Shown piece by piece: positions 1 to 10,869 of a stretch of 64,000 nucleotides of DNA. The position numbers were made by a program, and so were the translations under genes. Source of the DNA: an uncultured Nitrososphaeraceae archaeon (lineage in GTDB: Archaea > Thermoproteota > Nitrososphaeria > Nitrososphaerales > Nitrososphaeraceae). The first letter of the stretch is position 1; the number at the start of each line of letters is the position of its first letter. Under the pieces are notes generated by a model. That model made no database searches. It worked only from the letters and a program-made list of their open reading frames with translations, and had not been told where the DNA came from. The DNA lies in the NCBI GenBank assembly GCA_963765895.1, contig CAVXZB010000048.1, positions 99,474 through 163,473 on the forward strand, given 5' to 3'.

Positions 1-343
1 TAACCGATTTGGGCCGATTGCAAACCTACGATCATGTTTTATCTGACGATGAATCTACTGTTTCCATCCACGACAAGTCTACAAGACATTAACTGTTAAG
101 ATAGATGATTTGCATTAATCATTCCAAAAACTGAAAAATGCAGTAATAATCTTCATAAGATTTACAATATTTATACATATATGTAATTTTAATATACAAT
201 GACTGGCTGCATTAACAAAGTGTCTGACATTTTAACACGTTAACTTCTTAACAAAAACAGACTAGATGTGTTAACTTATCATGATACACTTGAGATATAT
301 GAAAGGATCAAATTATAACAAGTAGTAAATAGGCGCTTCTAGT

Positions 344-364
344 GTCCAGTGGAAATAAAGGGGT
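344..364 (+). promoter_or_regulatory. Origin recognition box (ORB)
   Basis: GTCCAGTGGAAATAAAGGGGT matches archaeal ORB consensus TCCAGTGGAAAxxAAGGGG. Confidence 0.85.
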
Positions 365-405
365 TCACTATAGAGCGATTAACATAATCTATCTGACGTT
401 AACAC

Positions 406-425
406 TCCACTGGAAATAATGGGGT
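406..425 (+). promoter_or_regulatory. Origin recognition box (ORB)
   Basis: TCCACTGGAAATAATGGGGT. Confidence 0.85.
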
Positions 426-502
426 AGTTAGGTGCCGTTATCCTATATCTCTCTTGCATGTTAACAATTGATAATATCTAATAGCTTAAACCTGGCTACC
501 TC

Positions 503-522
503 ACCCCGTTGTTTCGTGTCCA
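503..522 (-). promoter_or_regulatory. Degenerate inverted ORB
   Basis: Reverse strand reads TGGACACGAAACAACGGGGT; GAAA-n4-GGGGT half conserved. Confidence 0.5.
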
Positions 523-647
523 TTAAATTTTCTCGTAAACAATAATAGTAATAATAATTATTTGATTAATTAATTAATAGATATTGATTAACGTGTTTAA
601 ATGTGGTTTGTTAATATCATGTTATAATATTATATTAACAACTCAGA

Positions 648-669
648 TCTACAATGGAAAGACTGGGGT
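648..669 (+). promoter_or_regulatory. ORB overlapping the cdc6 promoter region
   Basis: TCTACAATGGAAAGACTGGGGT, about 30 bp before the cdc6 start. Confidence 0.65.
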
Positions 670-701
670 GGGAGTTATAATGGTGATAATGGTGATAATG
701 G

Positions 702-1922
702 ATGAGTGACGATATACTTGATAGCATTTTTGAAAAAGCCGCAGCAGGACAAACCTTAATCAAGAATCGCAAGACACTTACGATTGATTATGTTCCTGAA
801 AGACTTCCGTTTAGAGATGATGAGACAGGAACGATTGCACAAGCACTATCTGTAGTGCTAAAGGGCGCAAGACCGTCAAATCTCCTACTATTTGGTAAAC
901 CTGGTACTGGAAAAACTGCAGTAGTCAAAAATGTAACCAAACGTCTCCTGACGAAAACAAGCGATCTGGGAATCGAGGTATTAATGCCATTCATAAATGC
1001 AAAGACCGCAAATACAGGCTATAAAGTGCTATATGAAATTGCTGAAAATATGGGTATTAATAAAGAAGAAAAGAAATTTCATGTTCACTTTACAGGTTTA
1101 TCAATGGGTGAAGCAACAGATAGAATTTTAGATTTTATAAAAAACAAGAAAAAATTGCATGTTATTTTAATAATTGATGAAATTGATTCGTTAGTTGATA
1201 AAAATGGAGATGATATATTATATAATTTTACGAGAGCGAATGAAAGAATTATCGGAGGATTCATTAGCTTGATTGGTATATCTAACAGTCTCACCTTTAA
1301 AGATAAACTTGATCCTAGAGTTAGAAGTAGCCTTAGTGAAGAAGAAATGGTATTTAATCCATATACTATAGAGCAGCTGCAAAAGATCTTATTAAATAGG
1401 GCCAAAGTTGCGTTTAACGAAGATTGTATCTCGGATGCAGCCATAAATCTGTGCGCAGCTATAGCTGGAAGAGAAAATGGCGATGCTAGACGTGCAATCG
1501 ATTTACTTAGAGTTGCGGCTGAAATCGCAGAAAGAGAAAGAGCGTCTAAGGTTGAAGAAAAACATATTAGACTATCCCAAGAAAAAATCGAGAAAGACAC
1601 AAATTACGAGATTTTAAAAAATTCTACTACACATACTAAAATACTAATACTTGCAATTCTTAAATCAAAAAATGGAAATACTGGTGAAGTATATGAAATT
1701 TACTCATCTTTTTGTAGACATATACAACAGGAACCGCTTACTCAGCGTCGTATAACTCAAATAATCAGCGAACTTGATCAACTTGGCTTAATAAGGAGTG
1801 ACGTAGTAAGCCAGGGTAGATATGGCAGATCACAGAGAATTAAAGTTACTATTCCGTCAATTACTATTACATCTGCATTAAGAGATGATCAGATTCTCTC
1901 TACATTATTGTTTGCTGATTAA
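702..1922 (+). CDS. cdc6: Cdc6/Orc1 replication initiator
   Basis: Walker A GKPGTGKT, Walker B IIDEID, GDARRAIDLLR, C-terminal winged helix (GRYGRS). Confidence 0.97.
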   Translation: MSDDILDSIFEKAAAGQTLIKNRKTLTIDYVPERLPFRDDETGTIAQALSVVLKGARPSNLLLFGKPGTGKTAVVKNVTKRLLTKTSDLGIEVLMPFINAKTANTGYKVLYEIAENMGINKEEKKFHVHFTGLSMGEATDRILDFIKNKKKLHVILIIDEIDSLVDKNGDDILYNFTRANERIIGGFISLIGISNSLTFKDKLDPRVRSSLSEEEMVFNPYTIEQLQKILLNRAKVAFNEDCISDAAINLCAAIAGRENGDARRAIDLLRVAAEIAERERASKVEEKHIRLSQEKIEKDTNYEILKNSTTHTKILILAILKSKNGNTGEVYEIYSSFCRHIQQEPLTQRRITQIISELDQLGLIRSDVVSQGRYGRSQRIKVTIPSITITSALRDDQILSTLLFAD

Positions 1923-3447
1923 AATCCATTTGGAAAGGCCTAAGTGTAGCAAGATTCACTAGAATTGCAATCCCTGGAGTTGGAACTATATTCATTGTAC
2001 GCTGAAAATTGGTTTGTGCTTGCCATGCCCCCGAATTAACGACCAGCGTTCCCCGATAATTCTGAACGTCTATGACGTGGACATGTCCTGAATGGAATAT
2101 GTCTGGGATTTCAGTAATTACCATCATATCGTCCTTTTCCGGAGCTAATGGAGTATGTTCTCCATATATTGGTGATAAGTGCCTTGCCTTAAGTAATATC
2201 TTCATTGCTTCTGCAGGTTTTGAGTATGTTAAACCGGGTGTCGCGGCTATGATATCATCTAAACCTTGTCCGTGATACATCAATATTTTGACACCATTTA
2301 ATTCAATAAGACTGGGGTTTCCAAGCATGGTGAAATTATTCAAAGAATACAACTTGTTAGAATCGTTTCTTGGAATGGCCGGTTGTGGAAGAGCCCTTCT
2401 ACCTGGATCATGGTTACCAGGGATTACAAATACTTTGATATGTTTTGGGATTTTGGTAAGTAAATCACTAACATGTATGATTTGTTTATCCGTATTCGTC
2501 TCAAGTAATTCTTTGTCCTGATGCGGAAATATTCCAATACCATCAATTAGATCTCCTGCTATGCATAGAAATTTGATCCTCCTTACTATATCGTCCGCAT
2601 CAGAAGAGAGCCACATTAAAAATTTAATAAATTCTTTTTCCATAAAATATTTGCTTCCGACGTGTAGATCAGAAATCAATACTGCATAGCTTTCAGATTT
2701 TGATCTAGTAGGAAGGTGTTCTGGAATATCTGGAGAAACTATATTTTTTATAACAAAACTATGCATTGCTTTATTATTCTGGTTTTCAAGTTCTAACATG
2801 ACCATTTGATCAAGTGCAAGTATTGATGCCTGTTTCCTTAACTCTTCGTTAGTTGCAATCACATTTAATATTCCAGTACAGTCATCAATTACCATTTCTA
2901 AACCATTTTTTCTAAAATGTTTAGACATCAACAAACCAGCAACTACTGAAACAGAATTTGTAACCCGATATTCAGTAGTACCACGCGACTTTGATCTAGC
3001 CGTCTGCTTTAAAGATGCAATTCTTGTTATTCTTTTACTGGAAGGGCGTAGTGCTAAAATATGAAGTAATTTTTCAAATCTACTTCTAAATAATGCAGTA
3101 TAACCCTCCACACCCTCATTTGTATTAATCTTGGATGTCGGGTCAGAAATTACTCTATATACGTGCTCATCAGAATGGGATGGATGATAATTTGTATCAT
3201 CATCATAAATTACTTCAGGGTCGACTACTACATTTGTAATTTTGTCTTTGTCTTTCATGATGATATTTTGTATGTCTTCTAATACAATCAAAGTGTCTCC
3301 TTTTTGCTTAGTTCTGATTATATCTCCTATAATTTCGGAAGCATTGATTTCTAGATTCTTAAGCATAGCAAAAGCGTCAGGATGGATTTGATAGCCCTTG
3401 CTAGTGGCTAACGTTAATGCATTAAGAATTTCTTTTTGGAAAGCCAA
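1900..3447 (-). CDS. polD1: DNA polymerase D small (proofreading) subunit DP1
   Basis: Calcineurin-like phosphoesterase motifs SDLHVGS, GDLIDG, PGNHD, YHG, HSGHVH; OB fold. Confidence 0.96.
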   Translation of the reverse strand: MAFQKEILNALTLATSKGYQIHPDAFAMLKNLEINASEIIGDIIRTKQKGDTLIVLEDIQNIIMKDKDKITNVVVDPEVIYDDDTNYHPSHSDEHVYRVISDPTSKINTNEGVEGYTALFRSRFEKLLHILALRPSSKRITRIASLKQTARSKSRGTTEYRVTNSVSVVAGLLMSKHFRKNGLEMVIDDCTGILNVIATNEELRKQASILALDQMVMLELENQNNKAMHSFVIKNIVSPDIPEHLPTRSKSESYAVLISDLHVGSKYFMEKEFIKFLMWLSSDADDIVRRIKFLCIAGDLIDGIGIFPHQDKELLETNTDKQIIHVSDLLTKIPKHIKVFVIPGNHDPGRRALPQPAIPRNDSNKLYSLNNFTMLGNPSLIELNGVKILMYHGQGLDDIIAATPGLTYSKPAEAMKILLKARHLSPIYGEHTPLAPEKDDMMVITEIPDIFHSGHVHVIDVQNYRGTLVVNSGAWQAQTNFQRTMNIVPTPGIAILVNLATLRPFQMDFNQQTIM

Positions 3448-3541
3448 GGTACTGGCTATTCATTCTATGAATACCATCTTTAATTACATTTCCATAATTG
3501 ATAAACTAATTATAACAATAAAGATAACGTTAAGTTTCGTA

Positions 3542-4093
3542 TTGCGTTTCAGTATTAAATACCGTCTAATCTATCTGGCATTTGGTATAGTCACTTTTCT
3601 AATTGCTTATTCTGCCGGTGCATCAATTCATATGAGTACAAGAGAAACAAATATTCTAAAACAACAATTTTCAGAGCAAATAAAGGATATTAATCAATTC
3701 GGGATTTTTATCAATAATGTTAAATTGGCACTTGGGATGTTCATTCCTGTACTTGGGATAGGTCTGGGAATATTTTCTGGTTTTTCAACAGGAATGGTAT
3801 TTAATGCACTTGCTATAACTTCTCCTCTTCTGAAGAATATTCCACCGTTATTAATCTTGATTACTCCGTTTGGACTTTTGGAAATTTTTGCTTATGGTTT
3901 AGCATTATCTAGAAGTGGAATACTATTTTATCAATTAATAAAGAAAAAATCATGGAAAGAATGTACAATTCCCTTACTTATAGAGTCTTCGATTGTAATA
4001 GTAGTCCTATTAGTAGGAGCAATAATAGAATGGCAGACAATATTGCGATTTGGAGGTCTACATTCGTCTCGCGTTAGTTTATATCAGCACTAG
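3542..4093 (+). CDS. SpoIIM (stage II sporulation protein M)-like membrane protein
   Basis: IFINNVKLAL...PFGLLEIFAY...GAIIE pattern; start moved to TTG 3542 to avoid overlap with DP1. Confidence 0.75.
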   Translation: MRFSIKYRLIYLAFGIVTFLIAYSAGASIHMSTRETNILKQQFSEQIKDINQFGIFINNVKLALGMFIPVLGIGLGIFSGFSTGMVFNALAITSPLLKNIPPLLILITPFGLLEIFAYGLALSRSGILFYQLIKKKSWKECTIPLLIESSIVIVVLLVGAIIEWQTILRFGGLHSSRVSLYQH

Positions 4094-4253
4094 TTTGATA
4101 TCTTATGTTAGAGTAGTAACGTAATACCATTAAATGAACCAATTTATGGATTGTGGACGAGTCTTTATAAGTGAAATAAAATGAAATTTTAGAACCTTGA
4201 TATACTGTTGCAGATTCATTGTAACCTAATATTGAGGAAGGAAAAGATGCTTG

Positions 4254-4952
4254 TTATCTTATATGATTAATTACTACTACTGAGAGATCACTAAATTTCA
4301 GTCCTTCTAAATCACTAACTTTGCCGCGGAAAACAGTCTCTTTGCTATCATTAGTTAGATGCTCAAAAACCCAGACATTTAGGTTTGAAGTATCTATCCT
4401 ATTCTCTTTTAAAAATATCGCTATTTCTGATTGCATAAAGTTCTTCTCTGAATCACTAGGCCAAGGCCGAGGTAGTAGGATTACATCTTTTCTAAGAATT
4501 ATAGATCTAACTAATTCCTTCTTTTTCTGTTCAATATCTGTGGTTACATGAAAAGTAACTATATGTGCCTTATCTAATGGTACCTTTGATTTTGCTGCTG
4601 CAATCTGAATTGAACTTATACCTGGAATAATTTCAACATTTTTTTCACCGAAAATTTCTAATAATCTATCAACAACTTCGGATTCGGAAAAATTTACATC
4701 ACCGGTAAATAGCACGGCGCAATATTCCTCGTCTTTCATCCTATCATAAATATATTGATATCGTTCTTCTTGATTTTTTAGAGAAATCACATAAATTTCT
4801 TGTTTATTTTTATCTATTAGACTCTCAACAGCCGATATAGTGTACTTGTATCCAATAATATAATGTGATTTGTAAATTGCCTCCCTAGCAATATCTGTAA
4901 TATATTTTATTGATCCAGGACCGACTCCGATAGTGTATAAACGCTTTGGCAA
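4254..4952 (-). CDS. cbiE: Precorrin-6Y C5-methyltransferase CbiE (cobalamin synthesis)
   Basis: IGVGPG, TGDxxFS and IIPGISSIQIAAA tetrapyrrole-methylase motifs. Confidence 0.88.
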   Translation of the reverse strand: MPKRLYTIGVGPGSIKYITDIAREAIYKSHYIIGYKYTISAVESLIDKNKQEIYVISLKNQEERYQYIYDRMKDEEYCAVLFTGDVNFSESEVVDRLLEIFGEKNVEIIPGISSIQIAAAKSKVPLDKAHIVTFHVTTDIEQKKKELVRSIILRKDVILLPRPWPSDSEKNFMQSEIAIFLKENRIDTSNLNVWVFEHLTNDSKETVFRGKVSDLEGLKFSDLSVVVINHIR

Positions 4953-5073
4953 TGTACAATACCATGATATTCAGCCATCCTTAAAGATTTCTTGATGTTC
5001 GTTATTCTGGTCTGCAATCTTGGTTTCTATTTTATTAGTCTATTATTTATAATAACAGGCTTATGATTACTGC

Positions 5074-7038
5074 TTATCGATTTGCTTTATGTATGTTATT
5101 GTATGCTTGTCTTATTTCTTCTATTGATGAATTGTCTTCTAATGTAGTTATATCACCTGTTACTTCTTCGCCAGTAGATATGGATTTAAGTAGTCTGCGC
5201 ATTATTTTTCCACTTCTTGTTTTTGGAAGCTTATTTACAAAGTAAATTTCTTCAGGCGTAGCTATGGGACCTACCGTATTTCTAATATGATCGATAAGCT
5301 CTTGGCGTAGCTGATCAGATTCAAAGTAATCTGTACGAAGAACTAAATATGCAATTATTGTCTCACCCTTTTTCTCGTCCTGTCTACTTGTAATAGCAGC
5401 TTCTGCAACTGATTTATGTGACACAAATGCGCTTTCTAACTCCATTGTGCCTAGTCTGTGTCCTGCTACTTTGAGTACATCGTCTGATCTTCCTAATAGC
5501 CAAAAATAGCCATCAGTATCTGACAAGGCATAATCACCAGAATAATAAACACCGCTAAATCTTTCCCAGTATGTATTCTGATATTTTAAGTCATCTTTCC
5601 AAAGCGTCATTAACATTCCAGGCCAAGGTTTTTTTATCACCAGATACCCTTTCTTGCCAAGAACTACAGGTTCTCCATTTTCATTAACTATGCTTGCATC
5701 TATTCCAGGTAAAGGAAATGTGGCAGAACCGGGCTTCATTGGTATATCCGAATCTAGACCAGTACAAGCACTTAGCATAATTCCACCAGTTTCTGTTTGC
5801 CACCATGTGTCAACAATAGGACAATTCTCTTTTCCGATAGTTTTGAAGTACCATGCCCAGACCTCTGGGTTAATCGGTTCACCTACAGTACCCAATAAGC
5901 GAAGAGATGATAGATCAAATGAACTAGGAATACTGTTTCCAAATTTCATATACATTCTTAGGGCTGTAGGAGTAGTATACAAAATTGTGACACCGTGTCT
6001 TTCAACCATTGCCCAATATCTATTGGGCTGTGGATACTCTGGTGTCCCTTCATATATCAACTGTGTAACTCCATGCATAAGTGGCGCGTACACAATGTAG
6101 CTATGACCAGTAACCCATCCTATATCAGCAGTACAAAAGAAAATGTCAGTACTCTTATAATCAAATACCCAATTTGCTGTTGCGTATAAATATGTAAGGT
6201 AACCACCTGTACTGTGTAGAACACCTTTTGGTTTACCCGTAGTTCCAGATGTATAAAGGATATACAAAGGATGTGTGCTATCTAGTATCTCGGGTTCACA
6301 AAATGAATCAGCCCTTTCAATGACTTTGTGCCACCATACGTCTATATCATCATTCATATGTAAATCGTTTGAAGTTCTTTTCACGACAATGACGTGTTCT
6401 ATTGAGGGTATAGATGGAACTGCCTCGTCTACTATTTTTTTCAGCTCGATAAATTTCCCTCTTCTAAATGTGCCATCTGCAGTTATAATTATTTTAGAAT
6501 CTGAATCTCTAGCTCTATCAGATAATGCCTTGGCACTAAATCCGGAGAAAACTACAATGTGTGTTGCACCTATTCTTGAACAAGCTAGCATTGCAATAGC
6601 GAGCTCTGGAATCATAGGGAGATAAATTATTACTCGATCGCCACTTTTTATTCCAAGGGTTTTTAATGCATTTGCAAATTTATTAACAAAATGATATAGT
6701 TGGAAATAAGTAAGTGTTTTAGTCTCGCCACTTTCATTTTCCCAAATTATAGCTGCCTTGTTTTTTATACCAGAATCTATATGCTTGTCAAGACAGTTGA
6801 CAGATGCGTTCAACTTGCCGCCAACGAACCACTTTGCAAAGGGAGGGTTTTTCCAATCTAGTACCCTTTCCCAATCTTTAAACCAGATTAGATTTTTTGC
6901 CTGTTCTCCCCAGAACTGTTCTTGATCCTCTGATGCTTTTATCTTAATTTTTTCAAATTTTTTGCCTGCAAGGGTTACTCTGATTTTTCCGCTATCTTTG
7001 TAAATCTTTGACAATTCATCAGAATCTGCTTCAGACAT
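5074..7038 (-). CDS. acs: AMP-forming acetyl-CoA synthetase
   Basis: YTSGTTGKPKG, ADIGWVTGHSY, DTWWQTETG, LPKTRSGKIMRR. Confidence 0.95.
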   Translation of the reverse strand: MSEADSDELSKIYKDSGKIRVTLAGKKFEKIKIKASEDQEQFWGEQAKNLIWFKDWERVLDWKNPPFAKWFVGGKLNASVNCLDKHIDSGIKNKAAIIWENESGETKTLTYFQLYHFVNKFANALKTLGIKSGDRVIIYLPMIPELAIAMLACSRIGATHIVVFSGFSAKALSDRARDSDSKIIITADGTFRRGKFIELKKIVDEAVPSIPSIEHVIVVKRTSNDLHMNDDIDVWWHKVIERADSFCEPEILDSTHPLYILYTSGTTGKPKGVLHSTGGYLTYLYATANWVFDYKSTDIFFCTADIGWVTGHSYIVYAPLMHGVTQLIYEGTPEYPQPNRYWAMVERHGVTILYTTPTALRMYMKFGNSIPSSFDLSSLRLLGTVGEPINPEVWAWYFKTIGKENCPIVDTWWQTETGGIMLSACTGLDSDIPMKPGSATFPLPGIDASIVNENGEPVVLGKKGYLVIKKPWPGMLMTLWKDDLKYQNTYWERFSGVYYSGDYALSDTDGYFWLLGRSDDVLKVAGHRLGTMELESAFVSHKSVAEAAITSRQDEKKGETIIAYLVLRTDYFESDQLRQELIDHIRNTVGPIATPEEIYFVNKLPKTRSGKIMRRLLKSISTGEEVTGDITTLEDNSSIEEIRQAYNNIHKANR

Positions 7039-7207
7039 TTTCTACTATAAGTCGGGGATAACTTTAAACGTTGTGATGCATAACTATTATCCCAAACTTA
7101 CCGATTGTATTGTGATATCCTACGATCAAATGTAGTATTCATTTCGAACTTTGTTCCTGAAGTTTGTGTCAATATATTAAAATAAAGAAATCCAGCGTAT
7201 CTAACTT

Positions 7208-7471
7208 GTGAAATACAGAAGTAGAACAGAAATAGTAGCAATGATCTTAGAGGCTGCAAATGGAGGCGCGACAAAGACAAAGATAATGTACAAAGCCTTT
7301 CTTAGCTATGCACAACTAAGGGAATATCTTTCAGTACTTATTGAAAATAATCTATTAGAATATTTGGAAGGCTCTCAAACATATAAAACAACAGAAAAGG
7401 GATTAAACTTCCTCAAGATGCATAATGAGATAGGTGAACTTTTACAAACCCAGATAAAACAGGGTAAATAA
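7208..7471 (+). CDS. Winged-helix transcription regulator (ArnR1-like/HTH_45)
   Basis: RSRTEI...KTKIMYKAFLS...Y...L...TEKG signature. Confidence 0.9.
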   Translation: MKYRSRTEIVAMILEAANGGATKTKIMYKAFLSYAQLREYLSVLIENNLLEYLEGSQTYKTTEKGLNFLKMHNEIGELLQTQIKQGK

Positions 7472-7509
7472 TAAGTTACCACCCTTTTTCTTGAAACGTT
7501 TTTTGTTCT

Positions 7510-8319
7510 TTATTCATTTTGGATTACGTGATTAAGCCAACTGTTTTCATCAGTTTCATTATTATTGGTATTGCTTTGAACTGCTTTCTCCTCTGTCCTC
7601 TTTCCTTCATCCGCAACTATGATGTGGGCCGCCTCATTTTGTTTACTTGTCTCAATTTTGGAAGGGGATTCTGTGTAATTAGAGCCTGGCAATTTCTGAT
7701 GTGGGGTATTAATTGCTAAATCTACACTGTCCAAGGTCTGTTGTGTTAATCTCATTTTGACATTATTGATTTCAGCCTTCTCAAGATTAACGTGCTCTAT
7801 CAAATCGTTTGTATGTATACTGATCTGTTGATATGTTTCCTCTGTCAGCTCGCTACTTCTATATTGCAGCTTTGCATCGAATAGTACTGATTTGATACTT
7901 TTGTTTTCTGCATCTAATTGATTTAATCTCTCTTGTAATAATTCAATAATGGTTTTTTCTTTTTCTTCAAGGTCATGTAATCTCTTCTGATATTTTATAT
8001 AAACCAATTCAGCATCATCTTTCATCAAATCATTCGCTGCAACCATTTCTTGTAGTGCTTTTATTCTTTGTAAAGTAAGATTCTTTTGTCTTAATAGGTT
8101 CTGTGCATCAAGTCTCCATCTTGGAATATATATTACATAATCTCCTTGAACTAATAATTGCTCATACGCTAGTTGATTTAGGCCAGATGATCCGCAGTCC
8201 ACACCAACAGATTCAATTGAACCATCAATATCTGTTATAACGCCAACTACCTTTCCCATGAATGTGCCATACATATCCTTGACTTCCTTGCCTACAAATT
8301 CGAGCTTAAATTCGCTCAT
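7510..8319 (-). CDS. cdvA: Cell division protein CdvA
   Basis: N-terminal PRC barrel (GKEVKDMYG..GKVVG) followed by long coiled coil. Confidence 0.88.
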   Translation of the reverse strand: MSEFKLEFVGKEVKDMYGTFMGKVVGVITDIDGSIESVGVDCGSSGLNQLAYEQLLVQGDYVIYIPRWRLDAQNLLRQKNLTLQRIKALQEMVAANDLMKDDAELVYIKYQKRLHDLEEKEKTIIELLQERLNQLDAENKSIKSVLFDAKLQYRSSELTEETYQQISIHTNDLIEHVNLEKAEINNVKMRLTQQTLDSVDLAINTPHQKLPGSNYTESPSKIETSKQNEAAHIIVADEGKRTEEKAVQSNTNNNETDENSWLNHVIQNE

Positions 8320-8480
8320 GTAATCCGTTTAATAAGTAGATATAATGGCAACGTTGTCAAAATTGTTGTATTATTTGGCAAAACCATTTTACCGTCTTAA
8401 TTCCAGAGAACCAGACAATCCTGACTCAAGTTTAATGATCAATATAAAATAAATACAATTATCATAATAAACTTACTACA

Positions 8481-9179
8481 TTGCATTTTTGGGTAGGATC
8501 ATTTTGTTCGATTCTTGGTATTAATAACAAACCAATAGCTCCACAGGGATTTATTGCAATATCTGATGTCATAACCTTAGTAGAAGACATGGGTAACCAA
8601 ATACCAGATAAATCTTGGATGCTTTATCTCATTGAAATCTTCAATATCCAGAATGTAGCAATCGAGCTAAATCTTATATGCCAGTTTGATAATCAAGATT
8701 ACTTTGAAGCTATATTTAATGGTGTAAATAGATATAGATTCAAACAAATATTACCCACACTGGGTCATGCATACCTTCGTCAAATTATTATTGCTCATCA
8801 GAAAAAGTCCATTATTTATATCTTGGAGGATCAGAATACAAAGCAAATTGAAAGATTTGAGCTATCTTTACTGAATATTGGAGATTTTGTATTCGAAGGT
8901 AAGACTCAGTTTACTGGAATAGAATGGTGGAATAAAATGGGCAATTTTCCGTATTCTATTAAGTATAGTGTAGAGATATCACAATTAATGTATGGCTTAT
9001 GTGACAATCCCTCTGATTCTGAATCAATTATTTATAGACCATATAATGCATTAATCCCTAATAATGAAGGATCAAATATAGAATATCCTATTTCATTCTA
9101 TGATGTTAAGATTAGAGATGATTGCGTTTGTTATAATGTTGCACCGGGTACTTGCAAAGTTGGTTTACAATATTGCTAA
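8481..9179 (+). CDS. Hypothetical beta-rich protein
   Basis: 232-aa ORF filling the gap between core genes; no motif recognised. Confidence 0.7.
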   Translation: MHFWVGSFCSILGINNKPIAPQGFIAISDVITLVEDMGNQIPDKSWMLYLIEIFNIQNVAIELNLICQFDNQDYFEAIFNGVNRYRFKQILPTLGHAYLRQIIIAHQKKSIIYILEDQNTKQIERFELSLLNIGDFVFEGKTQFTGIEWWNKMGNFPYSIKYSVEISQLMYGLCDNPSDSESIIYRPYNALIPNNEGSNIEYPISFYDVKIRDDCVCYNVAPGTCKVGLQYC

Positions 9180-9232
9180 CATTCTATTTCAATTGCATTA
9201 TACATATTTAATTACATAACAGGTGAATAATT

Positions 9233-10868
9233 TTGGTCCCATTATCTAATTATGAACACTTTTCAGAAAAAGAAAAACTCCTTCTTAATTCGCATTTTTC
9301 AAATACCGATAAATCAGTCTTTGCAATCATTACGCCTAAACAAGTAGATAGAGGAGCATTAATGTCTAGATATTCTAGAACAGATAAAACCATGCGACGA
9401 ATATTCATAGATGAATTTGTAAATAACCCAAATCGAGGAGGAGAGTTTTATAATAAAATACTATTAGAATATGGGGATGATTCTGTATCCGAACTAGGAG
9501 ACGCACAAATAGCAGTAGAATGGATTTCAAATATCGCAGCAAAGAAGATAGAAGATCATAGAATAGGACTGTCATACCTTGAAAAATCTTCTCGATATGT
9601 GGCATTTGATCAGAAGATTAATGGCCGATACAAATACCATTTAGAAAATGATATTATGTCTTCATCCTATGCTGATCTATATAAAGAAGTATGTGACTAT
9701 AGCTTTGATACATATAGTAAGAATATTCTACAAATGCAAAAATTTATTTCGGAATCTGAACCAATCGATCAGTTTCTTTTTTTTGATACTGAATCGCGAC
9801 GTGAGTTATATTATAGCGAGCTTGAAATCAGATACATCTATCGAATCTGCAAAAAGAATTTATCGTGCAACAATTAAAGCCAAGGCACTTGATGTTCTTC
9901 GCGGTCTTTTACCTGCCTCTACACTTACGAATTTAGGTATAGCAGGTAATGGTAGAGCATACGAGTACCTATTATCAACTATGTTTGTTTCAGATCTAAA
10001 TGAAATAAGATCGATAGCTGATCTACTTTATGCCGAAATTAGCACAGTCATACCATCTTTTATAAAACGTTCAAATGACAGGCATGGCAAGTCTCTTCAA
10101 TTATATGTTACTGATACAAAGAAAGCTATCTTGGAGCTATCCCAACACCATTTAAAAAATATTAAATTAGAAAAAAATCCTGAATTTGTAAAGTTGTTAA
10201 ATTTTGATGACAATTTTGATGCAGAGGTTAAAGTGTCTTCTGCAATCCTCTATGAATATGCTGTAGGTCAATCTTTGGAGGATATCATGACATATGTTAG
10301 ATCTCTTGAACCGAAGGAGAGACACAAAATCATTTGTGAGTATACAAAATTCAGGACAAATAGGAGGCATAGACCAGGCAGAGCCTTTGAAATGGTAGAA
10401 TATACATTTGAATTATTTACAAATTTTGGAATGTTCCGTGACCTTCATCGTCATAGACTTCTTACTCTAGAAAGACAATTGTTATCTACAAAGCATGGAT
10501 ATGATGTTCCTAAAGAGATCTTTGATTTGGGAATGGTTAGAGATTTTAAAGATTGTATGTATAAATCTAATGAAGCCTACACTCTTATATCAAATAGATT
10601 ACCTGAACAAGCACAATATGTTGTCAATCTTGCTTATAGATACCCATATTTTATGAAGATTAATCTACGAGAAGCAACTCATATGATTGAACTTAGAACA
10701 GTTCCACAGGGGCATTCTGATTATCGTAGCGTATGCCAGAAGATATATAGACAGATAAGAAATATACATCCAATACTTGCAAAAGGAATGCACTTTGTAA
10801 ATCTGAACACGAATGAACTTGCGAGATTCACTGAGGAAAAAAATAAAGAAAGGAAAAGACAGGGCTAA
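9233..10868 (+). CDS. thyX: FAD-dependent thymidylate synthase ThyX (one frameshift near 9815-9822)
   Basis: YLEKSSRY and RDLHRHR motifs; removing one base joins the two ORFs (...[14 protein letters not shown]). Confidence 0.9.
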
Positions 10869-10869
10869 T

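Larger units (their letters stand above)
210..670. other. Replication origin (oriC) upstream of cdc6
   Basis: ORB-like boxes at 344-364, 406-425, 503-522 (reverse) and 648-669; very AT-rich 540-600 (candidate DUE); directly upstream of cdc6/orc1. Confidence 0.85.

Noticed and set aside
788-6625. Short antisense ORFs inside cdc6, DP1, cbiE and acs (similar ones occur throughout the window)
   Set aside because: Shadow ORFs of well-supported genes
7510-8319. cdvA without adjacent cdvB/cdvC
   Set aside because: Dispersed cdv genes are already known in Thaumarchaeota
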